Shown here: piece by piece, positions 1-9,987 of the stretch
Layout of the letters: every line of letters starts with the position of its first letter
Numbering within the stretch: position 1 is the stretch's first letter
Source: Callorhinchus milii
Lineage: Eukaryota
NCBI RefSeq assembly: GCF_018977255.1
Contig: NW_024705564.1
Coordinates: 1-34,354, forward strand
Reading direction: 5' to 3'
Length of the DNA stretch: 34,354 nucleotides
Translations under genes and position numbers: made by a program
Notes under the pieces: model-generated
Databases searched by the model: none
Seen by the model: the letters and a program-made list of their open reading frames with translations, nothing else
Told to the model about the DNA's origin: nothing

Positions 1-805
1 CCGGTTGCTGCCGGGACATCCAATGCTGCCACCCCAGGTACTGATGGCAAATAAGAATCCCTGACTAAGAATTAATGGATTAAAAACATAATTTTTCTAC
101 AAATAGATGCCACAAGCACTTGGCATGTCATTCGTGTTATATTACTCGGTTAAATCCATCCGGGTAACTGTTGGTCATAGCATTCTGGTGGATCACGGAA
201 CATGTTGAGATATACCAGAATGGATCACAGTGCTTTGTGGTTAGTCAATAAACACCACCGATTCAGTAACAAATATTTTTGTGAAATCACCTTCACCACA
301 AGGGGGTCAGTGTCTTGGCTGGTTAAGAAGTGGGCATAAGCTGTCCTAAACTATGAATACATCATGACGCTAATATACCTCACCTGACTGTTTGTCCTGG
401 TTGGCAAGGTTAAAATTGTAAATTTAAGAAAATTGCACCACTGTTTCAACCGCTGCGATGGGAAAACGAACCAGTAACTTCTGGATTGCAAGTTCAGAGT
501 GCAAACCGTCCGTTACTTCAGGGTAGCGTTTCTCATAACCGCCACTGATTTTTTATTGTTCACCTCTGCTTGCGAGCACAATGTACACTTAATTAACTCT
601 GCAGGTGTAAAACCACAGTATGTGCCCACTCATGCACCTCTTACCTCTTGTTGACACCGCATGCATGATGCACTAGTACTGTCTGGGTTTTTTAGGCCGG
701 GGAGAAGGTACCCCATGGGGTGGACTCCGGAGGGTTGTAGCCTGGAATCTGTGACAGCGGACACACAAGATGGCACAAACGTACAACAAAGTTGAAGATC
801 ACCCA

Positions 806-980
806 AATAAGCCTTAACAGACTGTGCTGCTGTTACGCGACATGGCCCACGAGGAGGTGGGTGGCCAGCACCACGCGCATGCAGCCACCTCTGTCTCCCC
901 TGTGCTCATGTATACACACTGCACTAGGTACTCATTTAAGACAGAGTTTACCTAGGATAGGCACAACACCGGTTCAAATA
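806..980 (-). mobile_element. Diverged fragment of tRNA-derived SINE family A (central and 3' part)
   Basis: Similar to 8011-8294 (gccttaacagactg...ggtactcatttaag...acctagg...ccggttca); no head seen. Confidence 0.65.
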
Positions 981-1023
981 AGGCAGACTATCTGCCTCAG
1001 CAGCTGTCCCCCTCTCTTTTTTC

Positions 1024-1065
1024 TTCCTGATGACGAACGCTTGTGTTGCGATCGAAACGTCGTAG
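1024..1065 (+). ncRNA. Minimal type I hammerhead ribozyme motif of a Penelope pLTR
   Basis: CTGATGA (1027-1033), stem II GAACGC/GCGATC, GAAA (1054-1057), CGTC with cleavage triplet GTC at 1059-1061. The rest of this pLTR continues at 1921-2012. Confidence 0.75.
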
Positions 1066-1131
1066 TTTTTATTCTTTGGTTCTTTCGGTAAAGTCACATA
1101 TATAGATAAAATAATAAATTAAATAATAGCA

Positions 1132-1172
1132 TACGACGTTTCGATTGCAACACAAGCAAACATCATCAGGTA
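1132..1172 (-). ncRNA. Minimal type I hammerhead ribozyme motif
   Basis: Minus strand reads tatac-CTGATGA-T-GTTTGC-ttgtgtt-GCAATC-GAAA-CGTC-gtatg; stem I is tatac/gtatg. Confidence 0.8.
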
Positions 1173-1834
1173 TAATGAAATAGCGACATAAAATCTAACC
1201 AGAAAACTATAGACAGACATATAAGCAGACAGATATCACCAAGATACATAGAGAGAGCAACACAGGTACAGAGAGGGGTGATCGTCTCTGTGGGGTGGCC
1301 TTAAATAGACAGAGGGGGGCGGAGGCAGAGAGAGGGAGGGGTTAGAGAAAAATTTACATGTCAATGAGTACGAAGAGACGCGTAGTAAAGTACGCAGGCT
1401 TAGAGGGAGAAAGAACACACTAAATTAAATAACCTAGCAAAGTATCGAAATGTTATGTAAAACGACACAGAGAGTCGGTCAACACACAATTAACGCATAG
1501 CCTGGTCGATTACGTATTTCAAAGATTGCTAAGTTAGAATTTAAGTGTGAAAATTCCAAAGAAAGACAAAACATAAAAACAAGAGGAACGGAGACACACA
1601 GACAGAGCAGAAACTAAGAACGACAAAAAACGAGTGTAGACAGAAAAAATTGCACTAAATATACAGGCAGAGAGAGAGAACAAAAAACCCAGAGAGAGAG
1701 AAAAAGGTTAACTTAGAACTTCCCCGTAGAAGTGGTTCAATCTTAATTTTGGAGCTTTCGTGACTGCAGGAATTATTCTTTGGTTCTTTCGGTAAAGTCA
1801 CGTATAAAGATAAAATAATAAATTAAATAATAGC

Positions 1835-1878
1835 ATACGACGTTTCGATTGTAACACAAGCAATCATCATCAGGTATA
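1835..1878 (-). ncRNA. Minimal type I hammerhead ribozyme motif
   Basis: Minus strand reads tatac-CTGATGA-T-GATTGC-ttgtgtt-ACAATC-GAAA-CGTC-gtatg. Confidence 0.8.
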
Positions 1879-1920
1879 ATGAAATAGCGACATAAAATCT
1901 AACCAGAAAACTATAGACAG

Positions 1921-2012
1921 TTTTTGGTTATTTTCTTTGAACCTATCTACGTGACGTTACCGAAAGACCCAAAGAATATGAATTCCTGCAGTCACGAAAG
2001 CTTTAAGTCAAG
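1921..2012 (+). mobile_element. 3' part (tail) of the Penelope pLTR whose HHR is at 1024-1065
   Basis: ctacgtgac...ttaccgaaaga...gaattcctgcagtcacgaaagcttt is the same tail that follows the HHRs at 7688, 12044 and 20344. Confidence 0.7.
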
Positions 2013-2938
2013 ATTTATTATTACATTTGTTTACCCTGAAAAAACTCAAGACTCTTCTTCATGAGCGTCCTGCAAAGTTTTTGCCGTCGCTGTGTAGTCC
2101 CAATTGAGTAATTTGCAGGTGATTTTTGAGTATTGAGATGTTTTGCCCAATGCCAGACTCGTTGTATTGGGTATTTTTTTTTACTATGGAAAGAAACTAG
2201 AGAACGCGGAGGAGACTCAGAAGAGGGGGAGAACATACAATCATCACACACTCACACATTCACGTTAACTCACTCGCACACACCCTCACTCAAACACTCC
2301 ATTGCACTTACACACTCTGATGAACAGGGGGAGAGATGCTAACTCCACGCAGAAACGCGCTCGAGTCGGGAATCAAACCCATGTTTCTTGCTGCAAGGCG
2401 CAAGGGTTACTTACCAATGTGCCACCCTGCCGCCCATGGCGACGCGTAAACTACATAAATACCAGTTTCCAAGGACTCCCTTTCATATGTACCCTGCGCC
2501 AGGGGGACACTGGGGGCAGCTGCCCTTTTGCAGCCGGCCTTGCAAGCGGGCTTTACCCTGCCAGTTGGTTTGTGATGTTATTAGGCGGCTTCCCCAATGG
2601 AAGAATTTGCGAGTAACTTCCTCAAATTTGGATAATTACGCCGCACAACACTTGGCCGACTCTTTTTTCGAATCATGTACGTGTTCGCTCTAACAGTGTC
2701 GACTGCGAAGCAGACTGCGGTATTAACCAGAGCGGCCACCGGCCTTGAACGGAGACCCTCGCAACAATTCGATAAACACGCTGAGGTTTAAAGTTTATCA
2801 GAACGGAGAATGCATTCGTTTAAAGAGTGCATGTTTGATCGTGTTAGTTGTGTAAGACGTATGCTGTGAATTATGCTGCAAAACAGTTTGATATTATAGA
2901 TGTTTCGTTGATCACATGCCGCGTTAAATATGTATACT

Positions 2939-3036
2939 CTTTGGTTCTTTCGGTAAAGTCACGTAGGTATAAAATAACTTTACCGAAATAACCAAAGAGT
3001 ATGGATCTCTGCAGTCACGAAAACTTCAAATCTAGA
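2939..3036. mobile_element. Penelope pLTR-tail insertion of about 98 bp with 5' inversion and 15-bp TSD
   Basis: An inverted partial tail is followed by a forward tail; TTAAATATGTATACT occurs at 2924-2938 and 3037-3051. Confidence 0.75.
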
Positions 3037-3699
3037 TTAAATATGTATACTTGAATCCGAACAATAAGAAAGATTTTAATTGCTTGCTTTTGCATAGAGA
3101 TTTGATTTAATAGAATAAGCGCCCACGTACAAATGAGCAACATCTCATAATAAAATCAATTCCTCTCTCCAATATTATACATTTTCAAGAAGTAAAATTT
3201 CAAGGGGTATTTCATTATACGATGTGACTCCAGAACCTCACATTGGTTCTTTCGGAAAAATCATATTTTATATATTTTATCGTCTATATTTCGTCTTTTG
3301 ACCTGGACGTGTACGGGCCGGATAGACCACGTGCTGAACGTGGTACGTGTGGGCTGCCTACGGCCACTCGCTAAAGAACCGCCGCCGAGGTTGCCGAGCT
3401 ACACACACCTTTCCTTGTTGAGCGTCACAGCTGCAGAGGTTCATTCACTTTTGAAGGTCCTCCAGCTTCGCAGATCCTCAACAACTCACAACAGTGGAGT
3501 AAATTTACCTACGGGATGATGACCGTTATGATCAGGATACTGTAATGGCATTGCTCTTGCTGCTGCTGTCAATATTAATGTTGTTTCTGATGACGATGTT
3601 GTGGCTGCTGCTGTAGCACTCAATGTAGGAATCAAATAAATGCAGTGCTCGTGTAACGTTTTGATAACTGTCAATGCAAAGGGGAACGTATGAGTTTAA

Positions 3700-4220
3700 T
3701 GTCAGTATTCAATAACATCTGGAGAAGCAAGCAAATCTGTTGCAAGACCAAGCTGAACATCTTAAGAACATGCGGGTTCAGTAACACCTTTGTATGCCTG
3801 CGAGACTTGGGCATTAAAAAAAGACTAACAGAGATAAGATACTGTCACTCGAAATGTATTGCTACAGAAAGATGCCGCATCTAAGCGGGACCCAAAGAGT
3901 GACAACCGTAGAAGTGAGAAAAAGGTTGCACATAGAAGAAGACAACCTGATGATGATGCAGGCAGTGATGGGAAGGAAACTGGCACTATTTGGACAACAG
4001 GAAAATTAAAAGTGTGTTGTTCAGAAAAATGGAAGGAACCGGAAAGAGAGGAAGAGCTAACAGATAATGGTTTGACGACGACATCATTAAGAGATTGGTG
4101 CCAGAAGATGTAGCCACTACCTGAGACATATTGGCACTACAAGACAGAGAGGAAAGTGGAAAGAACAAATGACGAAATGTGCAATGGACACCTACTACTA
4201 CGAGCTATCTGCCCATGGAG
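3700..4220 (+). mobile_element. RTE-clade LINE, degenerate 3' fragment (region after the RT)
   Basis: Frameshifted translation NNIWRSKQI..KTKLNILRT..YACETWALKK..LEMYCYRKM..RVTTVEVRKR..GKRGR..WFDD..DWCQK matches the typical RTE ORF C-terminus. Confidence 0.8.
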
Positions 4221-4400
4221 TTTAAATTCACTTTTGCACCACATTCCCCGACTAACGTGCAGTATTTGCCCCACGTAAGGTTCGAGGGTTAACGCCACTG
4301 GTAAAACAAGTCACAGCAACCTGAACGTTAACAAGAAAGGTAAGTTTGACAATGCGAGAGGATGATCCAGATTCGTGGCATTGTTGCTAATGCTGACGTT

Positions 4401-4592
4401 AAATTTCGATTTAAAGCTTTCGTGACTGCAGGGATTCATCTTCTTGGTTCTTTCGGTAAAGTCACGTAGAAGGGAAGTAATAAAATAATAAAAATAAAAC
4501 ATAATAAAATCATTCTCACGACGTTTCGGCCACAACGCAAGCAGCCGTCCTCAGGTGAAAACCAGGTCTGTCGAGGCGACAGCGTCTGAATG
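4401..4592 (-). mobile_element. Solo Penelope pLTR with 9-bp TSD
   Basis: HHR, AT-rich spacer and full tail; GCTGACGTT at 4392-4400 and 4593-4601. Confidence 0.75.
4513..4561 (-). ncRNA. Minimal type I hammerhead ribozyme motif (best-paired copy in the window)
   Basis: ttttcac-CTGAGGA-C-GGCTGC-ttgcgtt-GTGGCC-GAAA-CGTC-gtgagaa gives a 7-bp stem I and a 6-bp stem II (with G-U pairs). Confidence 0.85.
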
Positions 4593-5589
4593 GCTGACGT
4601 TGTCCCTACTTTTGCTGCTAATGATGACGATGTCGCTGCTGTGCTGATGATGATGCTGATGATGCTACTGCTGTTTTTGATCATGTAACTGCTGCTGTAA
4701 CATTGGATGTAGAAATGCACGATATGCTAAAATTAAGTTTATGCTAAATTTAGGAAACAGAAAAAATGTAAATATGGAGTTTCAGTTACATTTTGCATTA
4801 ACGTGCAGTAATTTCCCTATGCAAGGCTCCAGGCTAAAGTGACCTGGAAGAAATCTCCAGTGAAGTTCTCTGGCTTTGTGCATGCACAACAACCTCAACT
4901 CTCAACAACAGATAAAGTTTTACGGTACGAGATGATGGCCGTCATGATCAGGATACTGGAATGGCATTGCTGTTGCTGCTGCTGTTGACATTGATGTTGT
5001 TTCTGATGACGATGATTTGGCTGCTACTATTGCTGCTGTAGCACTAAATGTGTAAATGCAATAAATGCTCTACTCGTGTAACGTTTTGATAACTGTAGTC
5101 AGAAAAAGGGCAGGCATGATTTTTTTTTAATTTTGCACAACATTCCTCCTTCAAACGTGCAGTCTTTTCCCCACTCAATGCTCCGGGGTTAAAGCCTTTG
5201 GTAAAAAAAAGTCTACAGTCAAAGTTCTACTCTCAACAACAAAGTAAGTTTTACAATGTGAGAGGATGATCGTGATGATCCGAGTAATGACATTGCTGCA
5301 TGTGTACGTGCACACATGTTATTTGTCCATACTTCACCACACTAGTTGGAGAACGTGTGGAGCTTATTTGATGTTAAGCTCTTGTTTAAAGTTCACGTTA
5401 TTTAATTGGGCGAGAAACTCAAGAGACCAGGATAGATAAGAGTCTCAATTACGAGTGTGACCTGGGGAATCAGTCTACCAGTAGTGGGCGATGATTGCTG
5501 CTACGTTGTAATCGTGCCACTTCAATAATTTGCGCTGTCATTTTCGAATTTGGAAAAATGTCGACCGTTACGTCGGCACACGATAGCCG

Positions 5590-5730
5590 TCTCTTGTGAA
5601 TGATGTCACGGGATCTTTAACGTCTCACTGTGAATCGGACGGCGCACAGCATTATTACTCCGGTTATTGCACCCGCGGTAATGACCAGGGAGGCCGCTGG
5701 AGATTGAACCCCGAACCCTCTGCACCACCA
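5590..5730 (-). mobile_element. Possible degenerate SINE of a different family
   Basis: B-box-like GGTTCAATCTCC followed by gacgttaaagatcccgtg, recalling conserved SINE central domains (from memory, unverified). Confidence 0.35.
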
Positions 5731-5959
5731 CAGAAGAGATGTTAGCAGTAAAAGATCCGTGTCCTTTAGACATCACGTAGGGGGGTAAAAACCGACGGCC
5801 CACCGCACACACCTCTGAGTCGCACTCGAACTTTACTTCGTTGGCGAACTACCTGTGCAGATAACAAGTTGTTTTTTTTTGTTTAATAAGAGCATCAGAG
5901 TCCCGTATATTCAAACCATTATACAACGTCAAGGATATTGCGACCAACGTTATGATTAA

Positions 5960-6235
5960 TCTATATATATAAAAGGGAAATTTGTGAATATGTGTGTCTG
6001 TTCGAAATGTTTAGCATACTTCCCAACATGCAACAAACTTGAAATTTGGCATGTGGGTAGCTTCCAGACTGTACACAATGCAAAAAGTATAAAAATAGAC
6101 TTTTGTACTTGGGGGGGGGATGCAATAATGGATATATTTTGCACGGCAATTGAGCGGTTACGTCACATATGTGATGTCACCCGCATGCGGCAGCGTTACG
6201 CAGTGTGCCTGCTGACGTCACGCACCCCACTCCCC
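5960..6235 (+). mobile_element. Non-autonomous Helitron-like element, 5' portion
   Basis: A|TCTATATATATAAAA start and gaaatttggcatg motif; internal sequence is shared with 24550-25068, which ends in CTAG|T. Confidence 0.6.
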
Positions 6236-7819
6236 CCAAGTTACCCGTACCTGACACCACAGCAATCATTGAAGACCTGGTCCAACAGGGACTGAATCCT
6301 GATGTACCAACTTTGGTGAGGCACTGCCTTACCAACACTTACTTCATCTGGAATGGTACATTCTACAAACAAAATGAAGGTACCCCTATGGGTTCTCCCT
6401 TATCACCAGTGGTAGCGAATGTTTTCATGGAAAATTTTGAAACAGATGCCATCCTGACATCCACCCTACATCATTCCCTGTGGAAGAGATAAGTAGATGA
6501 CACTTTCGTCATCTGGCCACATAGCCAGCCAGCATTGAACCAGTTTTTCAACCACATCAATTAAATTCACCCATCCATCAAATTCACCATGGAAGTGGAA
6601 AATGATAGCAAGCTACCATTCCTGGATGTTTTGATCGAGAAGAGGCCTAATGGCTCGTTGGGACATTCCGTCTACAGGAAAGCCACCCACACGGATTCCT
6701 ATCTAAAGCCAACTCCCACCACCATCCGGCCCAGAAGAACTCCCTCATCAAAACACTACACCAAAGGGCCCGCTGCATCTCCGACCAGCGCCACCTAGCC
6801 AGTGAACTGGAGCACATACACCAAGCCATCAAAATGAATGGATACTCAGACTGCACAATCCGCAAAGCTGTATCGCCAACCATGGGGATACAACCATCTG
6901 AGGACCTAATCGAAACTATTACCTTGCCATCCATAACAGGTGTTACCAAAAAGATTTCCAAAATCTTAAACAAACACAAGATCCAGGTCGGATTCAATAC
7001 GGTACACAAAATCCATGATTTGATCCATCTGTGAAGGATGTCATTCCTGACATGCAATACCCTGGTGTCTACAAACTAAGTTGTGTCTGTAGCAGCAGTT
7101 ACATTGGCGAAACGAAACGACATGTCTCGGACCGTGTTTCGCGAACACAAGGCAGATTTGAAACACGGCTGTTATCTCCGACTGCATTGCCCTGTTAGGT
7201 ACCTCTGCATTAACGGGCTGTAGTCTCACTAACATGGCCACCTCTGCTCCCTTAGCCTTGATGTATCGATGGTTCTAGCTGTGTGATGGGCTTTGTGTCT
7301 CACTGGCGCGATCACCGTTGCGGTGGTTCTCTTGCGTGGACGCGCTTGCCTCACAGTGCAGTTGGCAGCGCCGGAGCTTGTGCTACACATAGACATGACA
7401 TTAACTTGCTAATCCCATAATCTCCCTGCTAATCTCCCATTAACACTGCTGTTGTGCGCATATGCGACAATACTCTTATGCAGCGACGGTAGCTCATTTC
7501 ATGCAAATCTCTCTCCCTAATCTCTCTCTCCCTAATCCCCCCCATTAACACAACTGACGTACTTGTATCCGGGATGGAATTCCTTTCCAACTCAGACCCT
7601 GTTGCTTGCCCATCGCCACGTAAATAACCTTGTTGTAACAGCTCTCTCGCTGGTTCAGCAGTTCCACTGCTGGATTATTTTTTCCGCCTGAAGATGACCG
7701 CTTGTGTTGCGATCGAAACGTTGTGATATATTATTTTGTTTATTTAATTTTTCTACCTACGTGACTTTACCAAAAGAACCAAAGAGTATGGATTCCTGCA
7801 GTCACGAAAGCTTCAAATC
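6236..7819 (+). mobile_element. Penelope-like retroelement relic, copy 1 (RT core, thumb, N-half of GIY-YIG, pLTR)
   Basis: [52 protein letters not shown] and GVYKLSCVC...YIGETKR; coding remains end near 7169; HHR and tail at 7685-7819. Contains stops and frameshifts. Confidence 0.93.
7685..7725 (+). ncRNA. Hammerhead ribozyme motif in pLTR (GUU triplet)
   Basis: cgc-CTGAAGA-T-GACCGC-ttgtgtt-GCGATC-GAAA-CGTT-gtg. Confidence 0.75.
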
Positions 7820-7909
7820 ATTATTGTGCTTTAATGAATAAATTTTATAATAGTGTGTCTTCGCAATGTTACACAGTAAATATAATCTTCAATGACAACT
7901 CTTACAGTC

Positions 7910-8010
7910 CCATCATTACCACCATCTTTATAATCACCATCATCACCAAATGTATCATCATTATCATCCTAACCATCTGTATAATCAATCACAATCTGTA
8001 TCATCACCAC
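7910..8010 (+). repeat. Degenerate (CAT/CAC)n low-complexity tract (also 12260-12361 and 20568-20667)
   Basis: catcattaccaccatc...catcatcaccacc. Confidence 0.85.
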
Positions 8011-8294
8011 CAAAGACAAAGACTCCCCATATAGCCCTAATAGACTGTTGGAGCAAGTGCTGTTAGCGAGCACCTATGAAGACCAGCATGGCACACGAGG
8101 TCAACACCACGCCCGGCCGCCTTTGTCTCCGCAGCAGTGTTTACACCACACCAGGTACTTATTTAAGGCTGAGTCGACCTAGGAGGCCCATAACCGTTTC
8201 AGATAGTCGTTTCCTGCATTGGGCATGAGTGAGAATTTACCTCGGGTCGCCGGGTTCGTAGCGCAGTGTGCTAAACGCTACGCTACCCCTACCC
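8011..8294 (-). mobile_element. tRNA-derived SINE family A
   Basis: Reverse complement aligns with 9692-9987: tRNA-like head, central gtcgactcagccttaaataagtacc...aaaggcggccgg, and (tctttg)n tail. Confidence 0.8.
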
Positions 8295-8469
8295 ACCACC
8301 TGTATCACCATCATCTTCCAGAGTTATATATTAATGTCAATAGCTGGAAATGCTTGTATTTGTAATAAAAAATCATAAGTATTTGTCACTCACACTCACC
8401 CACACTCAAACGCTCAGAAAGGATTGAAAGATGAAATATCTTCAGAACTCTACATCCTGAAACTAAACT

Positions 8470-8565
8470 AATTATTTGTATTTTACCAGGTAAGGCCCAC
8501 TGAGCTATATCGCACGCTCGGGAGTCCTGATTCCACTTCTGGGAGTGTCAATTACAACGCCATGG
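8470..8565 (-). mobile_element. 3' tail fragment of an L2-type LINE/SINE (also 12820-12915 and 21130-21228)
   Basis: Minus strand ctcagtgggccttacctggtaaaata is the same 3' end as the SINE at 25264-25462. Confidence 0.55.
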
Positions 8566-8579
8566 AATTGTATATGTTG

Positions 8580-9065
8580 ACACATGTCAAGCATACGTGT
8601 TTGTGTGCACGTATGTGTGTATGCATGCCTTCATATGTGCGTGCGTATGTATGCGCGTGTCTGCACGTGCGTGTGTGGAAAATAACTTTAGCCATGACAT
8701 TGGGATCTATTAGGTTTAAGAACTTTGCACACATAAACTGGTGGGGGTTAAGAGCTTTGCATACATAAACTGGTGGGTGTGTGAACTCACCAGTGTGGAG
8801 CTCACCACCGGTGAGCTGGTGTGTACGCTGTCTAATCTGTAAGCTCACTACTGTGTGTGTGCGCCCACGAGTGTGTAAGCTCACTGATATGTAAACCTGC
8901 TGGTGTGTGCTCTTTGGTGTGTGGCCTCACTAATGTCCAGCACATTTTTGTGGAAGCTCACTAGTGTGCAAGCACACGAGTGTGCCGGTGAGTGTGTGTG
9001 AGTGCGGTGTGTGCGAGTGTGTGAGTGTGCAGTGAGTGCCAGTGTGCGAGTGTGTTGGCGAGTGG
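8580..9065 (+). repeat. GT-rich degenerate microsatellite region (expanded in copy 2 at 13300-13560)
   Basis: Runs of gtgtgc/gtgagt and a repeated gtaagctcact motif. Confidence 0.85.
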
Positions 9066-9691
9066 TGTTGACGTGCAGAGAGTACATGCGATTCAAATGT
9101 CCACGTCCACATGACATCACATTGGGATGCGCTATGTGTGAGATACATGTCCCACGTGTTGCACACACTACGCACGTCACATGCACAAAGGGCATGCCTT
9201 ACAAGTGATGAACACGCAATGCAGGTGCTTGCCTCGTATGTCACGTACACGTGACGCACGTGGCCCGTGCGCGTAACATGTGCTCCGCGCTGCCGTGCTT
9301 TGGCCAGAGCCGTCAATAGCGGGGTGCGTGGGCCCCCGATGCCTTCAAACTAAACTGGAAGCATTACATGTGACACTGATGTCTACACGCGGGGCCTCCC
9401 CCAAAGCGGTCGGCCGAATTTGCCGTATACTAGGGGACGGCTCTTTATTTGGCATACGCGACACGCACGTTGTGTGCGCTGTGCGTGGGGTGACTAGCCC
9501 GATGTGCGTGCCGGGCAGGGCAAGGGGGACTGCCATTGATTGTGTCGAGACTTTTTGCATGAGTGACGAGATGAACGCCCAAATTCAACGCAGGCCGCCA
9601 CACAAGGGCTGCACATTTCAATGTTGAGCAGGTCCCTGTGTGTCCGTGCGTGCGGGTTCGTGGTGTGTTTATTTCTGTGTGCGTTATGTGA

Positions 9692-9987
9692 GGGTAGCAG
9701 TGGCGCAGTGGATAGTAAGCTACGCTCCGAACCCCGCAAACATCCGAGTTGGATTCCCGCTCATGGCCAACACCAGTGACGATTATTTATCTGAACCGGT
9801 ACTTGGTCACCTCAACCTCAAATGAATACCTGGAGCGGTGTGTATACGTCACCACTTGGGAGACAAAGGCGGCCGGGTGTGGTGTTGGCCACCCACCCCC
9901 TGGTAGACCGTGCCGACCTTCATAGGTGCTTGTCAACAGCACTTGCCACAACAGTCTGTTAAGGCTATATGGGGGATCTTCATCTTT
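9692..9987 (+). mobile_element. tRNA-derived SINE family A, full length
   Basis: A box TGGCGCAGTGG, B-box-like GAGTTGGATTCC, head ending GGCCA, then the central domain and tail. Confidence 0.85.

Larger units (their letters stand above)
1071..1920 (-). mobile_element. Non-autonomous Penelope-like (retrozyme-like) element: pLTR, non-coding spacer, pLTR
   Basis: Direct repeats of about 145 bp (1072-1216 and 1776-1920), 704 bp apart, each carrying an HHR. No recognisable ORF between them. Flanked by AGTTTTT at 1064-1070 and 1919-1925. Confidence 0.75.
3430..5300 (+). repeat. Old tandem array of about 4 diverged modules (exon-like segment plus GAT/GCT-rich segment), interrupted by an RTE relic and a pLTR
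   Basis: 3514-3670 resembles 4931-5096; 4232-4390, 4790-4930 and 5130-5298 resemble each other. Confidence 0.7.

Noticed and set aside
2495..2520. CTCF-like motif gcgccagggggacac
   Set aside because: A single imperfect short match cannot be supported from sequence alone.
7510..7545. CCCTAA/TTAGGG telomere-like motifs in the pLTR and at 13071-13090, suggesting a telomere-associated PLE
   Set aside because: Only 1-3 non-adjacent hexamers occur, and the element has a GIY-YIG domain, unlike endonuclease-less telomeric PLEs.
8552..9316. His/Thr/Cys/Val-rich ORFs here and in paralogous regions
   Set aside because: They are translations of (CA/GT)n and (CAT)n low-complexity DNA.
9692..9768. tRNA gene (A/B boxes, CCA end); likewise 14249, 22364 and 25264
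   Set aside because: No convincing cloverleaf, and each is followed by a SINE body, so these are SINE heads.
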